Shown here piece by piece: positions 1-9,754 of a stretch of 64,000 nt of DNA. The notes beneath the pieces were generated by a model. That model had not been told where the DNA came from, ran no database searches, and saw only the letters and a program-made list of their open reading frames with translations. Within the stretch, counting starts at the first letter, position 1; the number at the start of each line of letters is the position of its first letter. The translations under genes were made by a program, and so were the position numbers. The DNA comes from a virus: positions 32,001 to 96,000 of IMG/VR virus record IMGVR_UViG_3300044972_000601; one strand, 5' to 3'.

Positions 1-867
1 AAGATCTACAAGACCACTGTAAGGACTCATGCCTGTTGAATATGGGATTTCAATTTGCAATGACTCGAAAGGTTTTGCATAACGTGTTTTCATAATCTTG
101 CAGGCAGCACGAATGCCATGTACTTCGCTTGTCTTAACACCATTTTCATCAGTCTTAAGTTTGAGTTTTTTCATAGCAACAACAATACTAGAAGCATAAA
201 CAAATCCTTGTCCACCACTAATTTTGTCATCTGGATCAAACATGTCTTGGCTTGCGTATGTGTGATTGGTACATACCATACCCACATTATAACTGCCAAA
301 CATATTAACACAATTACGAACTAAACTGGTAAGTGCTTTAGGTTTACGGCCCATGTCTCCCTTCATATCACCAGCTTCGAACTGGTTAATGTCAGTAGGG
401 GTAAGCAACATACCCAATGAGTCTATGACAAATAAGACTTTAGGACGAGTCTCCATTGCTTTGTACTCTTTCATGAACTCACTGATGGTTTTAGCAACAT
501 CATCAATCATAGCCATGTTGAGTTTAAGCAATTTATCTTCACTTGTATCTACACCAAGTGCATGTAGCCATTTTTCGTCAAGTGCATTTTCGCTATCAAT
601 CAAGATAACATAGATACCTTGTTCCTGTGCATTTTTAACAATGTTTGCAGAACAAATGTAGCTCTTACCTGCACCAGATTCACCGGCAAACACAGTAACC
701 TTGCCCAAAGGAATACCCTTGTGAAAGTCGCCACTAATAAGGGAATTCAAGGCATAATTGCCAGTGCCTACCCAGTCTGTAGGATCGTTAAATCCTACAC
801 CCAGACCGTCAATTGACTTAGTCAAGGTTTTTCTAAATTTCGATAAATCGAAGGCTTTTGTAGCCAT
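1..867 (-). CDS. uvsX: RecA/UvsX-like recombinase (3' end runs off the window)
   Basis: Not in the ORF track; translated by hand from ATG at 867: MATKAFDLSKFRK...Walker A GESGAGKS...LIDSENALD...Walker B VIDSLGML...KGDMGRKPKAL...NHTY...SGG. SD GGAG upstream. Confidence 0.93.
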   Translation of the reverse strand, partial: MATKAFDLSKFRKTLTKSIDGLGVGFNDPTDWVGTGNYALNSLISGDFHKGIPLGKVTVFAGESGAGKSYICSANIVKNAQEQGIYVILIDSENALDEKWLHALGVDTSEDKLLKLNMAMIDDVAKTISEFMKEYKAMETRPKVLFVIDSLGMLLTPTDINQFEAGDMKGDMGRKPKALTSLVRNCVNMFGSYNVGMVCTNHTYASQDMFDPDDKISGGQGFVYASSIVVAMKKLKLKTDENGVKTSEVHGIRAACKIMKTRYAKPFESLQIEIPYSTGMSPYSGLVDL

Positions 868-890
868 AAGTTATTTCTCCTAATAAGATA

Positions 891-925
891 ACCCGGGCGT
901 ATGACTAAGTCACAGTGGCCCGAGT
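891..925 (-). other. Intergenic stem-loop between gp32 and uvsX
   Basis: Minus strand ACUCGGGC...UGAC-UUA-GUCA...GCCCGGGU: outer 8-bp stem with one G-U pair, inner hairpin, no U-tract. Confidence 0.5.
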
Positions 926-933
926 CGAACGTT

Positions 934-1920
934 TTACTTCTGACGATTACGAATCATTGCCAAGATGTCTTGGGCACGATTGTCACCGCCACTTGCATCA
1001 GCCGCTGGTGCTGGTGCAGGAGTAGCTTTTGCTACTGGAGCAGGTGTGTCATCTTCGTCATGGCTTACTGCTGGTGCAGGAGCCGCTCTAGGAGTAGATG
1101 TCTTTTGTGGATCACCAGTGTTCTGGCTCATGCCAGCTGGCTTGAAGTATTGACCCCAACGTTCCATATCATACGGCTCGCCATCAACTGATGCTTCAAA
1201 CATTTCCTTCATAACCTTGAGCTCAACATCAGTTGGCTTTTTAGGCAAGAAGTCGCTCAAGTTAAACAAACCATGTTGTTTAATTGCCGCTTGTTCTGTA
1301 TCGTTCAATGGACGCTCACGACGTGACCAAGTACTAGTAGAGTAGTCAGCGTAACCGCCTTTACTACCTTTCTTCATACGATAGTCAATACCGTGTACGT
1401 AATCTGTTGGCAAGTCTTCCAACTCTGGATCAACCAATGCCGCACGGATTGATGTAAAGATCTGAGGACCAATAATAAATCTACGGATTGGATTTGCTGG
1501 AGTTTCTTTTTCAGCAAGGCCGTCTTCAACAACGAATCCTTGGAAAATATAACTACGCTTTTTCCAGTACTTACGGCCCATGTCTTCCAATGCTGGGTCT
1601 TTGAACCACGCACGGACTTCTGACAAGATCGGGCATGTATTGCCTTCGCCATACATTTCTACGCATGGAACTTGTACTGTGATTTGTTTGCTTTCTGATT
1701 CACCTTTGATTCCAGCGAATGGCAATTTGATCATTGCACGTTCAACCCAGAAAAAAGTGTTATTGGCGTTACCATCTGGTAGGAAGCGGAGTGATGCTTC
1801 GTCGCCTTCTTTGAGATTCCAGAATGGATAAATGGAATTGTCTCCACCTGTTCTGTTACCGTCTGAACCTTTCGATTCTGCTGCCTTAAGTTTTGCTCTG
1901 ATTTCTGCTAATGTAGCCAT
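934..1920 (-). CDS. gp32: Single-stranded DNA-binding protein, T4 gp32-like
   Basis: LRFLPDGN, CVEMYG..CPIL, YWKKRSYIFQGFV, GGYADYSTS motifs; Pro/Ala linker; C-terminal DILAMIRNRQ; adjacent to uvsX. Confidence 0.9.
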   Translation of the reverse strand: MATLAEIRAKLKAAESKGSDGNRTGGDNSIYPFWNLKEGDEASLRFLPDGNANNTFFWVERAMIKLPFAGIKGESESKQITVQVPCVEMYGEGNTCPILSEVRAWFKDPALEDMGRKYWKKRSYIFQGFVVEDGLAEKETPANPIRRFIIGPQIFTSIRAALVDPELEDLPTDYVHGIDYRMKKGSKGGYADYSTSTWSRRERPLNDTEQAAIKQHGLFNLSDFLPKKPTDVELKVMKEMFEASVDGEPYDMERWGQYFKPAGMSQNTGDPQKTSTPRAAPAPAVSHDEDDTPAPVAKATPAPAPAADASGGDNRAQDILAMIRNRQK

Positions 1921-2018
1921 AGTATTTCTCCTGTTGTAAGCCTATGTTTTGCATTTCTGCTATTTTTATGTGCCTGTATTGCTTTAGAACCTACTAAAGC
2001 AAAAAACGCATACATGTT

Positions 2019-2047
2019 ATTGTATACGTTTTTATTTATCTTTGCAA
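2019..2047 (-). promoter_or_regulatory. Sigma70-type promoter for gp32 with an embedded late box
   Basis: TTGCAA-N17-TACAAT on the minus strand; GATAAATA (2033-2040) lies in the spacer. Confidence 0.7.
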
Positions 2048-2083
2048 GAGAAATCTTGCTTAAATGTGGTTTAATTTCACCAA

Positions 2084-3022
2084 TTATCTACGACCCAATG
2101 AAACTATTCTTGCCAAAGTTTGATCGTCTGCATATGTAACCGATTCTTTTAAACCATATCTCTTCATTTCGTCAGCAGTTAATTCCCTTGGTGGATTGCC
2201 TGTAGTGTAATACTTACCTCCAGCATCTCTTCGTACTGGCGGCACTACTGGTGCTTTATCAAACCGTTGATATTTGTCATCCGTTGGTTTAGTTTTTAAC
2301 AAAGCCAAATTGGATTCTGCACTTCCTGCTTTATATTTTCCAGCACCTAACATTCTATCTACAAATGCTTGATCAAGTCTGTTTTGCTTGCTGATTCCCA
2401 TTCTAGCTAACGCTTGACCGGTTGGCCCGTCACGTGGATCTACTGGTACTGCGGCAGGTGTTGAAACTTTTGCAGCTGAATCTGCCTGCGGCTCGTTCAT
2501 GCGAGCCAGTGCTTGATTGAAGGCTGCGTCTGATGCTGCTGGTGAAAATGCAGGGCTAGCATCTGCCGCAGGTGCTGCCGCAGGTGTTGTTTGAGTTTTG
2601 TTAGCTAATCTTTGATCTGTTGGATTAGCCTCTGGTGCTACAGGTGGCAGATCTGTGCTGGCTATTGGTGCAGGAGGTGTAACTGGTGATGTCACTGCGG
2701 CTGGTGCTGCTGGCACTGTTATATTTTGCAATTCAGCTGGCATGGCTTGGCCAGCTTTCCAGCCACCTTTTCCATCATAAACTCCGCGAACTAACCCGGC
2801 TGGATTCACGGCAACTACTTGACCGTTGTGTGTGGCTAATCTTGTAACATCTTGCAATGCTGGCGTCATTTTATTAAGTGCTATGTTAGGATCAACACCT
2901 GGATCTCGAGTAATAGTTTCGTCATGACTACCAACCGGCCGAACTTCGCCTGCTTCTAAAATTAATTTTTCCCTTAGTGAATTGACACGCTTAGATAATT
3001 CTGCTTCTGTAATTTTTTTCAT
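2084..3022 (-). CDS. Hypothetical Pro/Ala-rich protein, probable internal head protein
   Basis: ORF track gives 2084..3040; likely start MKKITEAEL at 3022 (AGGA upstream). Has (I/L)xE-type sites and a C-terminal LARIVSLG helix. Confidence 0.6.
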   Translation of the reverse strand: MKKITEAELSKRVNSLREKLILEAGEVRPVGSHDETITRDPGVDPNIALNKMTPALQDVTRLATHNGQVVAVNPAGLVRGVYDGKGGWKAGQAMPAELQNITVPAAPAAVTSPVTPPAPIASTDLPPVAPEANPTDQRLANKTQTTPAAAPAADASPAFSPAASDAAFNQALARMNEPQADSAAKVSTPAAVPVDPRDGPTGQALARMGISKQNRLDQAFVDRMLGAGKYKAGSAESNLALLKTKPTDDKYQRFDKAPVVPPVRRDAGGKYYTTGNPPRELTADEMKRYGLKESVTYADDQTLARIVSLGRR

Positions 3023-3023
3023 A

Positions 3024-5771
3024 TTATTTAATTCCTGCAATCTTTAGCCATGATGCTAATTCGTTGTTTGATTCCATAGTGGTTTGTCCCACAACTGCTC
3101 CGGGTTTTTTAAGTGCGGCTGCACGTCTTGCCACATACTCAGGATTGTCAACTTGTAGTAAATTAGATTGATTACCTGGTTTGAAATCCATCGTGTTTGT
3201 TGGTGCAATACTGCCAATTGTGTGGAGGTCTTCTTCTGGCGGCTCAGGTGTGGTGATTGACCTTGTCACTCCAGGCCTGTATATGCCCATTTCAAGGTCG
3301 TCCAAGTTACCGGGTGCACCTGGTAACGCTTTGTTGGATGGTGCACCTGGCATGTTCATGCCTTGTTTAGGCATCTTGCTCATAATACTCTTCATCATGG
3401 CTTGTGGATCCAGTTGGCCGTCGGCACCCATTCCAGGCATATTCATACCTTTCATCATGCTGCCAAGTTTGCCTTGAATACTTTTTTGCATAGCTTCTGG
3501 ACTAGATCCATCAAATCCCATGCCGGTAACCATGTTTCTAAACTTGGCCATTGCATCTGCATAGTTAGCTGGTTTACCATCTATTGTGCCAGTTTGATTA
3601 TTGCTTGCTGTTTGGCCTGCTTGCGGTGCAGTTGGAGTTGTAACACCAGGCATGTCAAAATTATCATCTTCTGAATCTGTTTCGTCAGGCATGTCAAAAT
3701 CCCCATCTTCAGGCCCTTCGTTTGTACCGTGAGGTTGAGGAATTCCAGCCATTTGTTTCATGCGATTTAATCCGCCTGCATCACTGCTGGGATCCATCTT
3801 TTCAATCATGGCCAATACTCGACCAACATCTTCCTTAGTAGCATGTTTGTATTCGCCGTTTTTAAAGTTAGAAACAACATGCTGTTTGGTCCAAGTACCA
3901 CCTTTGGTAAAGTTACCTTCTGTAATTGTGGCATCTCTATTCCAAAAACCAGAAATGCTTTTTAAAATTTCTTGTACGCCATCACCGCCACTACGCGACT
4001 TCATGCCAATGCTTGTTGGATCGATACCACATTCTTGTAACGCACTCATTAGGCTCATTTTTCTAGAACCAAAATCTAATTGTGTGTCGGGGCCAGCACC
4101 GCATTCAACTGCTTTGATCAGCTTGGCTTTTAACTTGCTCATGCCCATGCTTTCTGCTACCGGCGGTGCTGCTGGAGCGGCTGGTGCAGTAGGTTCTGTA
4201 GGTACAGCTGGTTCTGCAGGAGGTGCTTCTGGTGCTGGCATATCTTGTCCGCCAACTGGCATGTCACTGCCTTCTGGACTACTAAATTGTAATTGTCCTG
4301 ATTGAATTAAATCTGCAAGGTCTTTATTGTGTTCAGACATTTGATTTAAAATTACTTCTATACCTGAACGCATATCTAAATTGTTGGTACCACTTAACTG
4401 ATCTAACATAGAAGCAAACTCTGGATCAGGAATTAATTCTTTAACTTTGTTAAGATTCATTCCATCTGGGCCACCTTTGAGTTCAGTCTTAAAAATATTA
4501 TTTAATTCAGCAACTGCACCAGGACGTTGTTGCGGATCAAAAATTCCTCTAAGTGCGGCAGCGCCGTCTTCAGGAAGGATACCATTCATGAAATTTTCAA
4601 ATGCTTGTTCAGGATCAAAGCCTTCCTTCTTAGGAATGCCTTTTTGTGCCAATGCCTTGGCAGCATCTCTTCCAGTACGGTTAGGATTGTTTGGTTTCTT
4701 AAACGGCGACTTTTCTTTCTTGCCGCCTTCACGTGACTTGGCTTCGTCGTCAGTTTCCCAAGGTAAAGTTTCTTCGTCCAACAAATCGTCAGCAGTTAAT
4801 TCACGGATTGGCAATTCGCTTTCGTCGACTAGTTTAAAGATATATGGAAATACGCCTTTTAATTCTTCGTTGAATGTGCGGATAGTCAAACGATCAATCC
4901 AGTCATCCATAACTGCTTCTGGAATCATTTGTTCTTCATGTTCAACAAACGACTCTGCAAATTGTTGATAGTAAGTAGGACGTTGTAAAGAATGAATTTC
5001 TTTCTTTATACTGTCAATGCGTTCCATTACCTTGCTGGTAATGTCGCCCATTGCTTCACTCAGTTGTTCTTGACGTCCAACGTAGTTCTTAAACTTACGC
5101 AGACTTGCTAATTCTTCGCTTAGGCTGGTAATGTGTTGACCAATTCCGTCATACGGATGACCACCAGCTTTAATGTGCTCTGCTAATGCACGGGCACCAT
5201 TTAAATGCTTTACGGGATAACGAAAGCGTTCTCCCATTGCATTTTCAATGTAAATATTTTCAATGTGCATTGTGCGGCCTGCGGCGAGTTCAGGATTAAT
5301 TTGTTGACTGTGTTTAATAATTAATCGTGCTTCTCCGAGATCCTGGTAGCTCATCTTCGAAGTACCAAACAACTTGTTTTCCATAATCATATCATCCTTA
5401 ACTTTGGAGCGAAACGCATAGTCTCTTTTATCTAAATTACTTTTGCCCATTCTTTTAACATCATAATTCAATAGCCTATCTTTGGCAAATTGCCTAAAAC
5501 TGCGAATAAATTTAAATGCACCAGGGTGTTTCTTTGAAACAATATCGCCACTGACTTCTAACACTACGCCCTCATCGGTGTCTAGTGTGATGGAAATCGT
5601 GCCAATTTCGTCACCATCTTCTTTATATTCAAACTCAAAAAATCGAGCTTTGGGTATATCTTGTTTTTTACTCAATACGTTAGCTTCTTCGTCACCGATA
5701 CGAATATCAGGAAAGCGTGTCTGTATTTTTCCGTAAAGGTCTTTGGCAATTGTGTCTAAATTAGCGTCCAT
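3024..5771 (-). CDS. Large hypothetical protein, probable head-associated/internal protein
   Basis: ORF track gives 3024..5849; likely start MDANLD at 5771, directly after GATAAATA. Ordered N-terminal half, low-complexity Pro/Met/Gly C-terminal half, ends in LKIAGIK. Confidence 0.65.
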   Translation of the reverse strand: MDANLDTIAKDLYGKIQTRFPDIRIGDEEANVLSKKQDIPKARFFEFEYKEDGDEIGTISITLDTDEGVVLEVSGDIVSKKHPGAFKFIRSFRQFAKDRLLNYDVKRMGKSNLDKRDYAFRSKVKDDMIMENKLFGTSKMSYQDLGEARLIIKHSQQINPELAAGRTMHIENIYIENAMGERFRYPVKHLNGARALAEHIKAGGHPYDGIGQHITSLSEELASLRKFKNYVGRQEQLSEAMGDITSKVMERIDSIKKEIHSLQRPTYYQQFAESFVEHEEQMIPEAVMDDWIDRLTIRTFNEELKGVFPYIFKLVDESELPIRELTADDLLDEETLPWETDDEAKSREGGKKEKSPFKKPNNPNRTGRDAAKALAQKGIPKKEGFDPEQAFENFMNGILPEDGAAALRGIFDPQQRPGAVAELNNIFKTELKGGPDGMNLNKVKELIPDPEFASMLDQLSGTNNLDMRSGIEVILNQMSEHNKDLADLIQSGQLQFSSPEGSDMPVGGQDMPAPEAPPAEPAVPTEPTAPAAPAAPPVAESMGMSKLKAKLIKAVECGAGPDTQLDFGSRKMSLMSALQECGIDPTSIGMKSRSGGDGVQEILKSISGFWNRDATITEGNFTKGGTWTKQHVVSNFKNGEYKHATKEDVGRVLAMIEKMDPSSDAGGLNRMKQMAGIPQPHGTNEGPEDGDFDMPDETDSEDDNFDMPGVTTPTAPQAGQTASNNQTGTIDGKPANYADAMAKFRNMVTGMGFDGSSPEAMQKSIQGKLGSMMKGMNMPGMGADGQLDPQAMMKSIMSKMPKQGMNMPGAPSNKALPGAPGNLDDLEMGIYRPGVTRSITTPEPPEEDLHTIGSIAPTNTMDFKPGNQSNLLQVDNPEYVARRAAALKKPGAVVGQTTMESNNELASWLKIAGIK

Positions 5772-5781
5772 ATGATATTTA

Positions 5782-7377
5782 TCAAACGTTAGAGGAAATG
5801 AATATGGGTAGTGGTGCGTCCCAATCTTCGGCGAAATCGCTGTTAACACTCATTGTTTCAAATACCAAAGGATCCCATTCTGCTAAAATAACACTCATAC
5901 GTATTACAAGTAATAATGCACTTACCAAGTCATCATGTTGCCCAGTTTTAGCTTTGAAACTTGTGCCAGCCGCAATAAATGCCTTGAGTTCTGTGATCAA
6001 GGGTCTGCTGTTTAGCTTCATTTTATTTTCTTCAATTAGGTATTTCAAGCGGGCACACGCTGATATTTTACTGCCAAATGTGGTGTTGAATCCTTTACGG
6101 AATTTACGTATATGCCCTTTCTTAACTGGCTCGCTGACAAATAATCCTGGGAATGTTTCCTCTCCAAGATCCTTGATAACAACCAATGCGGCTTCACCTA
6201 CTGTGTTATTTTCGCATGACCAGTAAATGCTGTTGGTGTATTCTTGGCCAATTTCGTCTTGAATATATCTCACTATGTCTCTAAATATTCTAATTTGATC
6301 TTGAATAATTGTTAGATTGTGTTGCCATTCACCACATTGCGTCATACTGGGCAATTCGAATATTTGTATGGCTGCAAAATCTCCGCCTGTTCCTAAACTG
6401 GGATCCAGTGCAACAACATACAAGTTTCCGGGCGTTGGCTTTTTAAACCATCGTACTTGCCCCATCTTAGTAATAGGCTCTTTGCCAGTGAGTTCGCTAA
6501 GTTTAATACTGTTGATAAGCGTTTCGTCATACACTAGAAATTCACATCCGTATTCACGACGAAACCGTTCTTCTCCAATACGACCCATCTCAACTTGCTT
6601 CCATGCATCATCACGATCCGGATGTTCATTCCATTCAGCACGGAATCCATGAAAGCCGTTGATGCCAAGGCCGTCTGGTTTTTCGTTGCCGAACTCGTCA
6701 AATGTGTTTTTGCTTTCTTTCCAAATTAGTGCAAATTCATCTTCGTCACTGTTGGGTGTACTAGTAATAATTGCACGGCCACCAGTTGCTAGTGTCGGGG
6801 AAATTGAAGTCCAAAACTCTGTGGCGATGTTAGGTTGCACAAATGCAAACTCATCGCAATACAATAAGGATATTGACATACCGCGACCAGTATTACCGGT
6901 AGTAGTTGCTGAAACAATTCTTGATCCATTTTCAAACTCAATAGAGCCCTTGTTATAGTTTACTACACCTGCACGAATATGGTCAGGGCATAGTTCGTAT
7001 CCGTAACGGATACGTTGCATAATTTCCTGTGAGCCGGTGTATTTGTGTGCGGCAACTAGAATAGTTTGATCCGGGTGGAACATAGCAAACCATAACAAGT
7101 ATGCACTTGCACATGTTGTCTTGCCGCTTTGGCGTGGCAGCATGTTTATGTTAAAACGATAATCGTGATAACTTTGTAATAGTCGTTCTTGGTATTCAAA
7201 TGGTTCAAACAACAACTTGCCTTTGACAGGATGTTGTATATAGAAAAACTTTTTACTGAAATGCAAATAGCCATTTACCGGATCGGAACAATCCAACAGC
7301 TCTTTGATATCAGCTTCTGTGAACTTTTCTTTTGTGTGGGCTTTCTTGGTGATTACACCATCTAAACTTTTTGACAT
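5782..7377 (-). CDS. gp17: Terminase large subunit
   Basis: Walker A PRQSGKTT, Walker B LLYCDEFAF, coupling motif TSTPN, RNase H-like nuclease ALDPSLGTGGD...HDDLV. Confidence 0.96.
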   Translation of the reverse strand: MSKSLDGVITKKAHTKEKFTEADIKELLDCSDPVNGYLHFSKKFFYIQHPVKGKLLFEPFEYQERLLQSYHDYRFNINMLPRQSGKTTCASAYLLWFAMFHPDQTILVAAHKYTGSQEIMQRIRYGYELCPDHIRAGVVNYNKGSIEFENGSRIVSATTTGNTGRGMSISLLYCDEFAFVQPNIATEFWTSISPTLATGGRAIITSTPNSDEDEFALIWKESKNTFDEFGNEKPDGLGINGFHGFRAEWNEHPDRDDAWKQVEMGRIGEERFRREYGCEFLVYDETLINSIKLSELTGKEPITKMGQVRWFKKPTPGNLYVVALDPSLGTGGDFAAIQIFELPSMTQCGEWQHNLTIIQDQIRIFRDIVRYIQDEIGQEYTNSIYWSCENNTVGEAALVVIKDLGEETFPGLFVSEPVKKGHIRKFRKGFNTTFGSKISACARLKYLIEENKMKLNSRPLITELKAFIAAGTSFKAKTGQHDDLVSALLLVIRMSVILAEWDPLVFETMSVNSDFAEDWDAPLPIFISSNV

Positions 7378-7391
7378 AACTTTATTTACAT

Positions 7392-7419
7392 AAAAAAAGC
7401 ACCGCGAAGGTGCTTTTTT
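7392..7419. terminator. Intrinsic terminator (bidirectional-looking)
   Basis: AAAAAAAGCACC-GCGAA-GGTGCTTTTTT. Confidence 0.85.
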
Positions 7420-7437
7420 GGTATCTTGAACAAATGT

Positions 7438-8199
7438 TTATCTTTCCATACGATCGTTGTAATCGTTACGCATACGTTCTTTTTTATCTTTTAATGCTTG
7501 TAAACGTTTCTTAGCTGACTCATCTCCGTCAGCTGCTTTTTTCTTCAAGCTGTCTTCTTGTGATTTTTCTAGGTCGCGACGATGTTCAGCATCTACTGAA
7601 TTTGGGTTATATGCTTCGTCATATTTGTTGTACTTTTTGCGGATAGCATCCATTTCTTCTTCGCCGGCTTCTTTAATTTCTTGATATAAACTTGACAACT
7701 GACTAACAAGTTCTTCGCTTACTTGAGTGTAAGGATTGCCGCCGCCATGGGCTTTGGGTACTTCGTGATCACCGCGTCCTGAGTTTGATCCAAGGTCAGT
7801 GACTGCGGATGGTGGAAAAATTTTCTTACCGCTGGCACCTGCCATGGAGTTTGCAAATGCTTCCATCTCTGGTTCCATCTCTCCGCCAAACACTACATCA
7901 ATTGCATCATGGTCTGCATGTGGCTCGCCAACATTTTCAATACCTTTTAGAATATTCATCAAATCACGGATGCCGCCATCACCTGAACCATTCATGCTAA
8001 CATTCATGGTAACTGAGTTGCTTTGAGCAGGATGGCCGTGGCCCATGCTTGTAGGAAGTGCCATCATGTCGCCACATTCTTCTACATCAGCTGCCGGCTG
8101 TGGTATTGGCATTACCGTATCGCCGCCGTCACCGCCGTCCGAGTGAATGTCACGTTCGTCGATAGCTTTAATCTTTTTATAAATGTCTGAGAAGTTCAT
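7438..8199 (-). CDS. Hypothetical acidic/low-complexity protein, possible internal head protein
   Basis: 253-aa ORF in the head/packaging region with many xxE-(A/G/S) sites; AGGA upstream. Confidence 0.55.
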   Translation of the reverse strand: MNFSDIYKKIKAIDERDIHSDGGDGGDTVMPIPQPAADVEECGDMMALPTSMGHGHPAQSNSVTMNVSMNGSGDGGIRDLMNILKGIENVGEPHADHDAIDVVFGGEMEPEMEAFANSMAGASGKKIFPPSAVTDLGSNSGRGDHEVPKAHGGGNPYTQVSEELVSQLSSLYQEIKEAGEEEMDAIRKKYNKYDEAYNPNSVDAEHRRDLEKSQEDSLKKKAADGDESAKKRLQALKDKKERMRNDYNDRMER

Positions 8200-8200
8200 A

Positions 8201-8809
8201 TTATTTTCCTTTCCTCGGGTCTGGATTTGTTACTTTACCAAAGACCCCGGTAGTCGATGATAGCTTTTCTGATTTTGTAGATTTTTCGCTTGGAGCTTTT
8301 TTTGCCAACAATTTTTCGTTAACACCTTTGTACTGTGTAAGCTCAGCTTTGTTTTTGTTTAACTCTTTTAACAAACTCATAACATGCTTCTCACCAACTT
8401 TATCCTGGCCAGTACTTTTGTCGTATTCTTTTTCAATCAATGCTTCTCCACTTAGTTCGTCATTGGCATGATTAAGTTCTTCTTCTTCTTGTTCTTTTAA
8501 ATTACGTACTTTAATGCAACCTGCTGGAACACCACAATGTTCTGCAACTAAGTTTTGTACTTCTAAACTGGTGGCAGGATAGCTTGTGCATACGTCAAAC
8601 ATAGTGATACCTACATTTGCTAATCCTGGAAAATCTGTTTGAGTTTCTTGAATAGGAGTGCTTTTTCCACTGCTACAACTTTCAACTTGGAACTTGGATA
8701 AGGCCCGTTTAATCAGCATAGAACAGTCTTTAGGACAGTCTCCTGCAATTTTAACTTTAAATTCGTAGACTTGTTTATTCTCTACTAAGTATTCTTTGAA
8801 TGATTTCAT
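8201..8809 (-). CDS. Hypothetical protein (MKSFKEYLVE N-terminus typical of T4-like head-targeted proteins)
   Basis: The N-terminal MK(S/T)F.E(Y/F)L.E resembles the T4 internal-protein capsid-targeting sequence; preceded by AATAAATA and AGGA. Confidence 0.6.
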   Translation of the reverse strand: MKSFKEYLVENKQVYEFKVKIAGDCPKDCSMLIKRALSKFQVESCSSGKSTPIQETQTDFPGLANVGITMFDVCTSYPATSLEVQNLVAEHCGVPAGCIKVRNLKEQEEEELNHANDELSGEALIEKEYDKSTGQDKVGEKHVMSLLKELNKNKAELTQYKGVNEKLLAKKAPSEKSTKSEKLSSTTGVFGKVTNPDPRKGK

Positions 8810-8830
8810 GTTAGATTCCTGATAGTGTAT

Positions 8831-9307
8831 TTATTTCATATTGCGTAGTTTTTCTAATAAACTATTGCGATCAGTGATAATAACACCATCGCCTTGTATA
8901 CTAATGCCAGAATCTTCTTGAATTGAATCGTTATCTAATTTCTGTTTCTTAAGCTGAAGATCAATCATCTTTAATTTCTTATCTATTTTGGCAGCTTTGG
9001 CATCAATAGCATTTTTTAACATTCCGCCAGCAACTTCAAAAATACGTCCACTATAACGTGCTTCCACATTCATACCCAAATCCATGAGATCGTCAAATGC
9101 GTCTGTAGCACGGGTTGCAAGTGCGTCAAATTCTGCATCGCTTTCAGCAAGGCCTTTTACAGCAGGTAATGCAGCCGAAATCTTGTCAAACTCTGACATG
9201 TCACGGAGGAACGGCTGAGCCATTTCTGCCTTGGCAGCAGCTTTTTCTTCGTCCTTGACAACTTTCTTGCTTTCAGGTAGGTTTAAAATTTCTTCAAGTT
9301 TCTTCAT
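8831..9307 (-). CDS. Probable terminase small subunit (gp16-like)
   Basis: Helical 158-aa protein with ARYSGRIFEVAGGMLK..D.K (compare the gp16 PRxxEV motif) and C-terminal DRNSLLEKL; close to gp17. Confidence 0.55.
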   Translation of the reverse strand: MKKLEEILNLPESKKVVKDEEKAAAKAEMAQPFLRDMSEFDKISAALPAVKGLAESDAEFDALATRATDAFDDLMDLGMNVEARYSGRIFEVAGGMLKNAIDAKAAKIDKKLKMIDLQLKKQKLDNDSIQEDSGISIQGDGVIITDRNSLLEKLRNMK

Positions 9308-9315
9308 AATAATAC

Positions 9316-9753
9316 TTATGCGTTTCCTTGGTGGAACAAATCGTTTTCGTTAAGGATGCGGAACTTTATGCCCTGTTGCCTGCACCATACACTGGCAGCG
9401 GCCCACTTGGCTTGATTCTTAACGTACTGTGCTTGATTATATTTGTTCTTGCCGACACGTTCTAATATAGTCTGACTTGCGGGTTTAACTTCAATTAATT
9501 CCACTATGATTTTGTTATTTTTATCCACATATTGGATGAAAAAATCAGGAACATATATTGTGTTGCGACCAGTCAGTGGATCTCGGTAAGGTATGTTGAT
9601 AGCTTCGCTGGCCCATTTTTGAACACTTTTATTGGTGTCGCAAAATCGCATAAAACTCCATTCCCAACTGCTACGATATGTAGGAATCTTAGTGCCCACA
9701 TACTTTTCAGGTTGTGTCATGGTAAACTTACCGCGGGCAAATTTACTGGCCAT
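9316..9753 (-). CDS. gp4: Head completion protein (T4 gp4-like, TnsA-type nuclease fold)
   Basis: PEKYVG, YRSSWE..FM..CD, WASE...IPY, YVPDF, LIEVKP, NQAKWAAA motifs. Confidence 0.9.
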   Translation of the reverse strand: MASKFARGKFTMTQPEKYVGTKIPTYRSSWEWSFMRFCDTNKSVQKWASEAINIPYRDPLTGRNTIYVPDFFIQYVDKNNKIIVELIEVKPASQTILERVGKNKYNQAQYVKNQAKWAAASVWCRQQGIKFRILNENDLFHQGNA

Positions 9754-9754
9754 A

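Noticed and set aside
118-816. Three short plus-strand ORFs
   Set aside because: They are antisense shadows of the uvsX/recA frame, which the track omitted because it runs off the window.
5782-7377. Intron or intein in the terminase (or capsid/recombinase genes)
   Set aside because: Reading frames are continuous and of normal length, with no intein motifs seen.
9316-9753. TnsA-like transposase or mobile element
   Set aside because: Motifs and context match the T4 gp4 head-completion protein; no transposon ends or partner genes.
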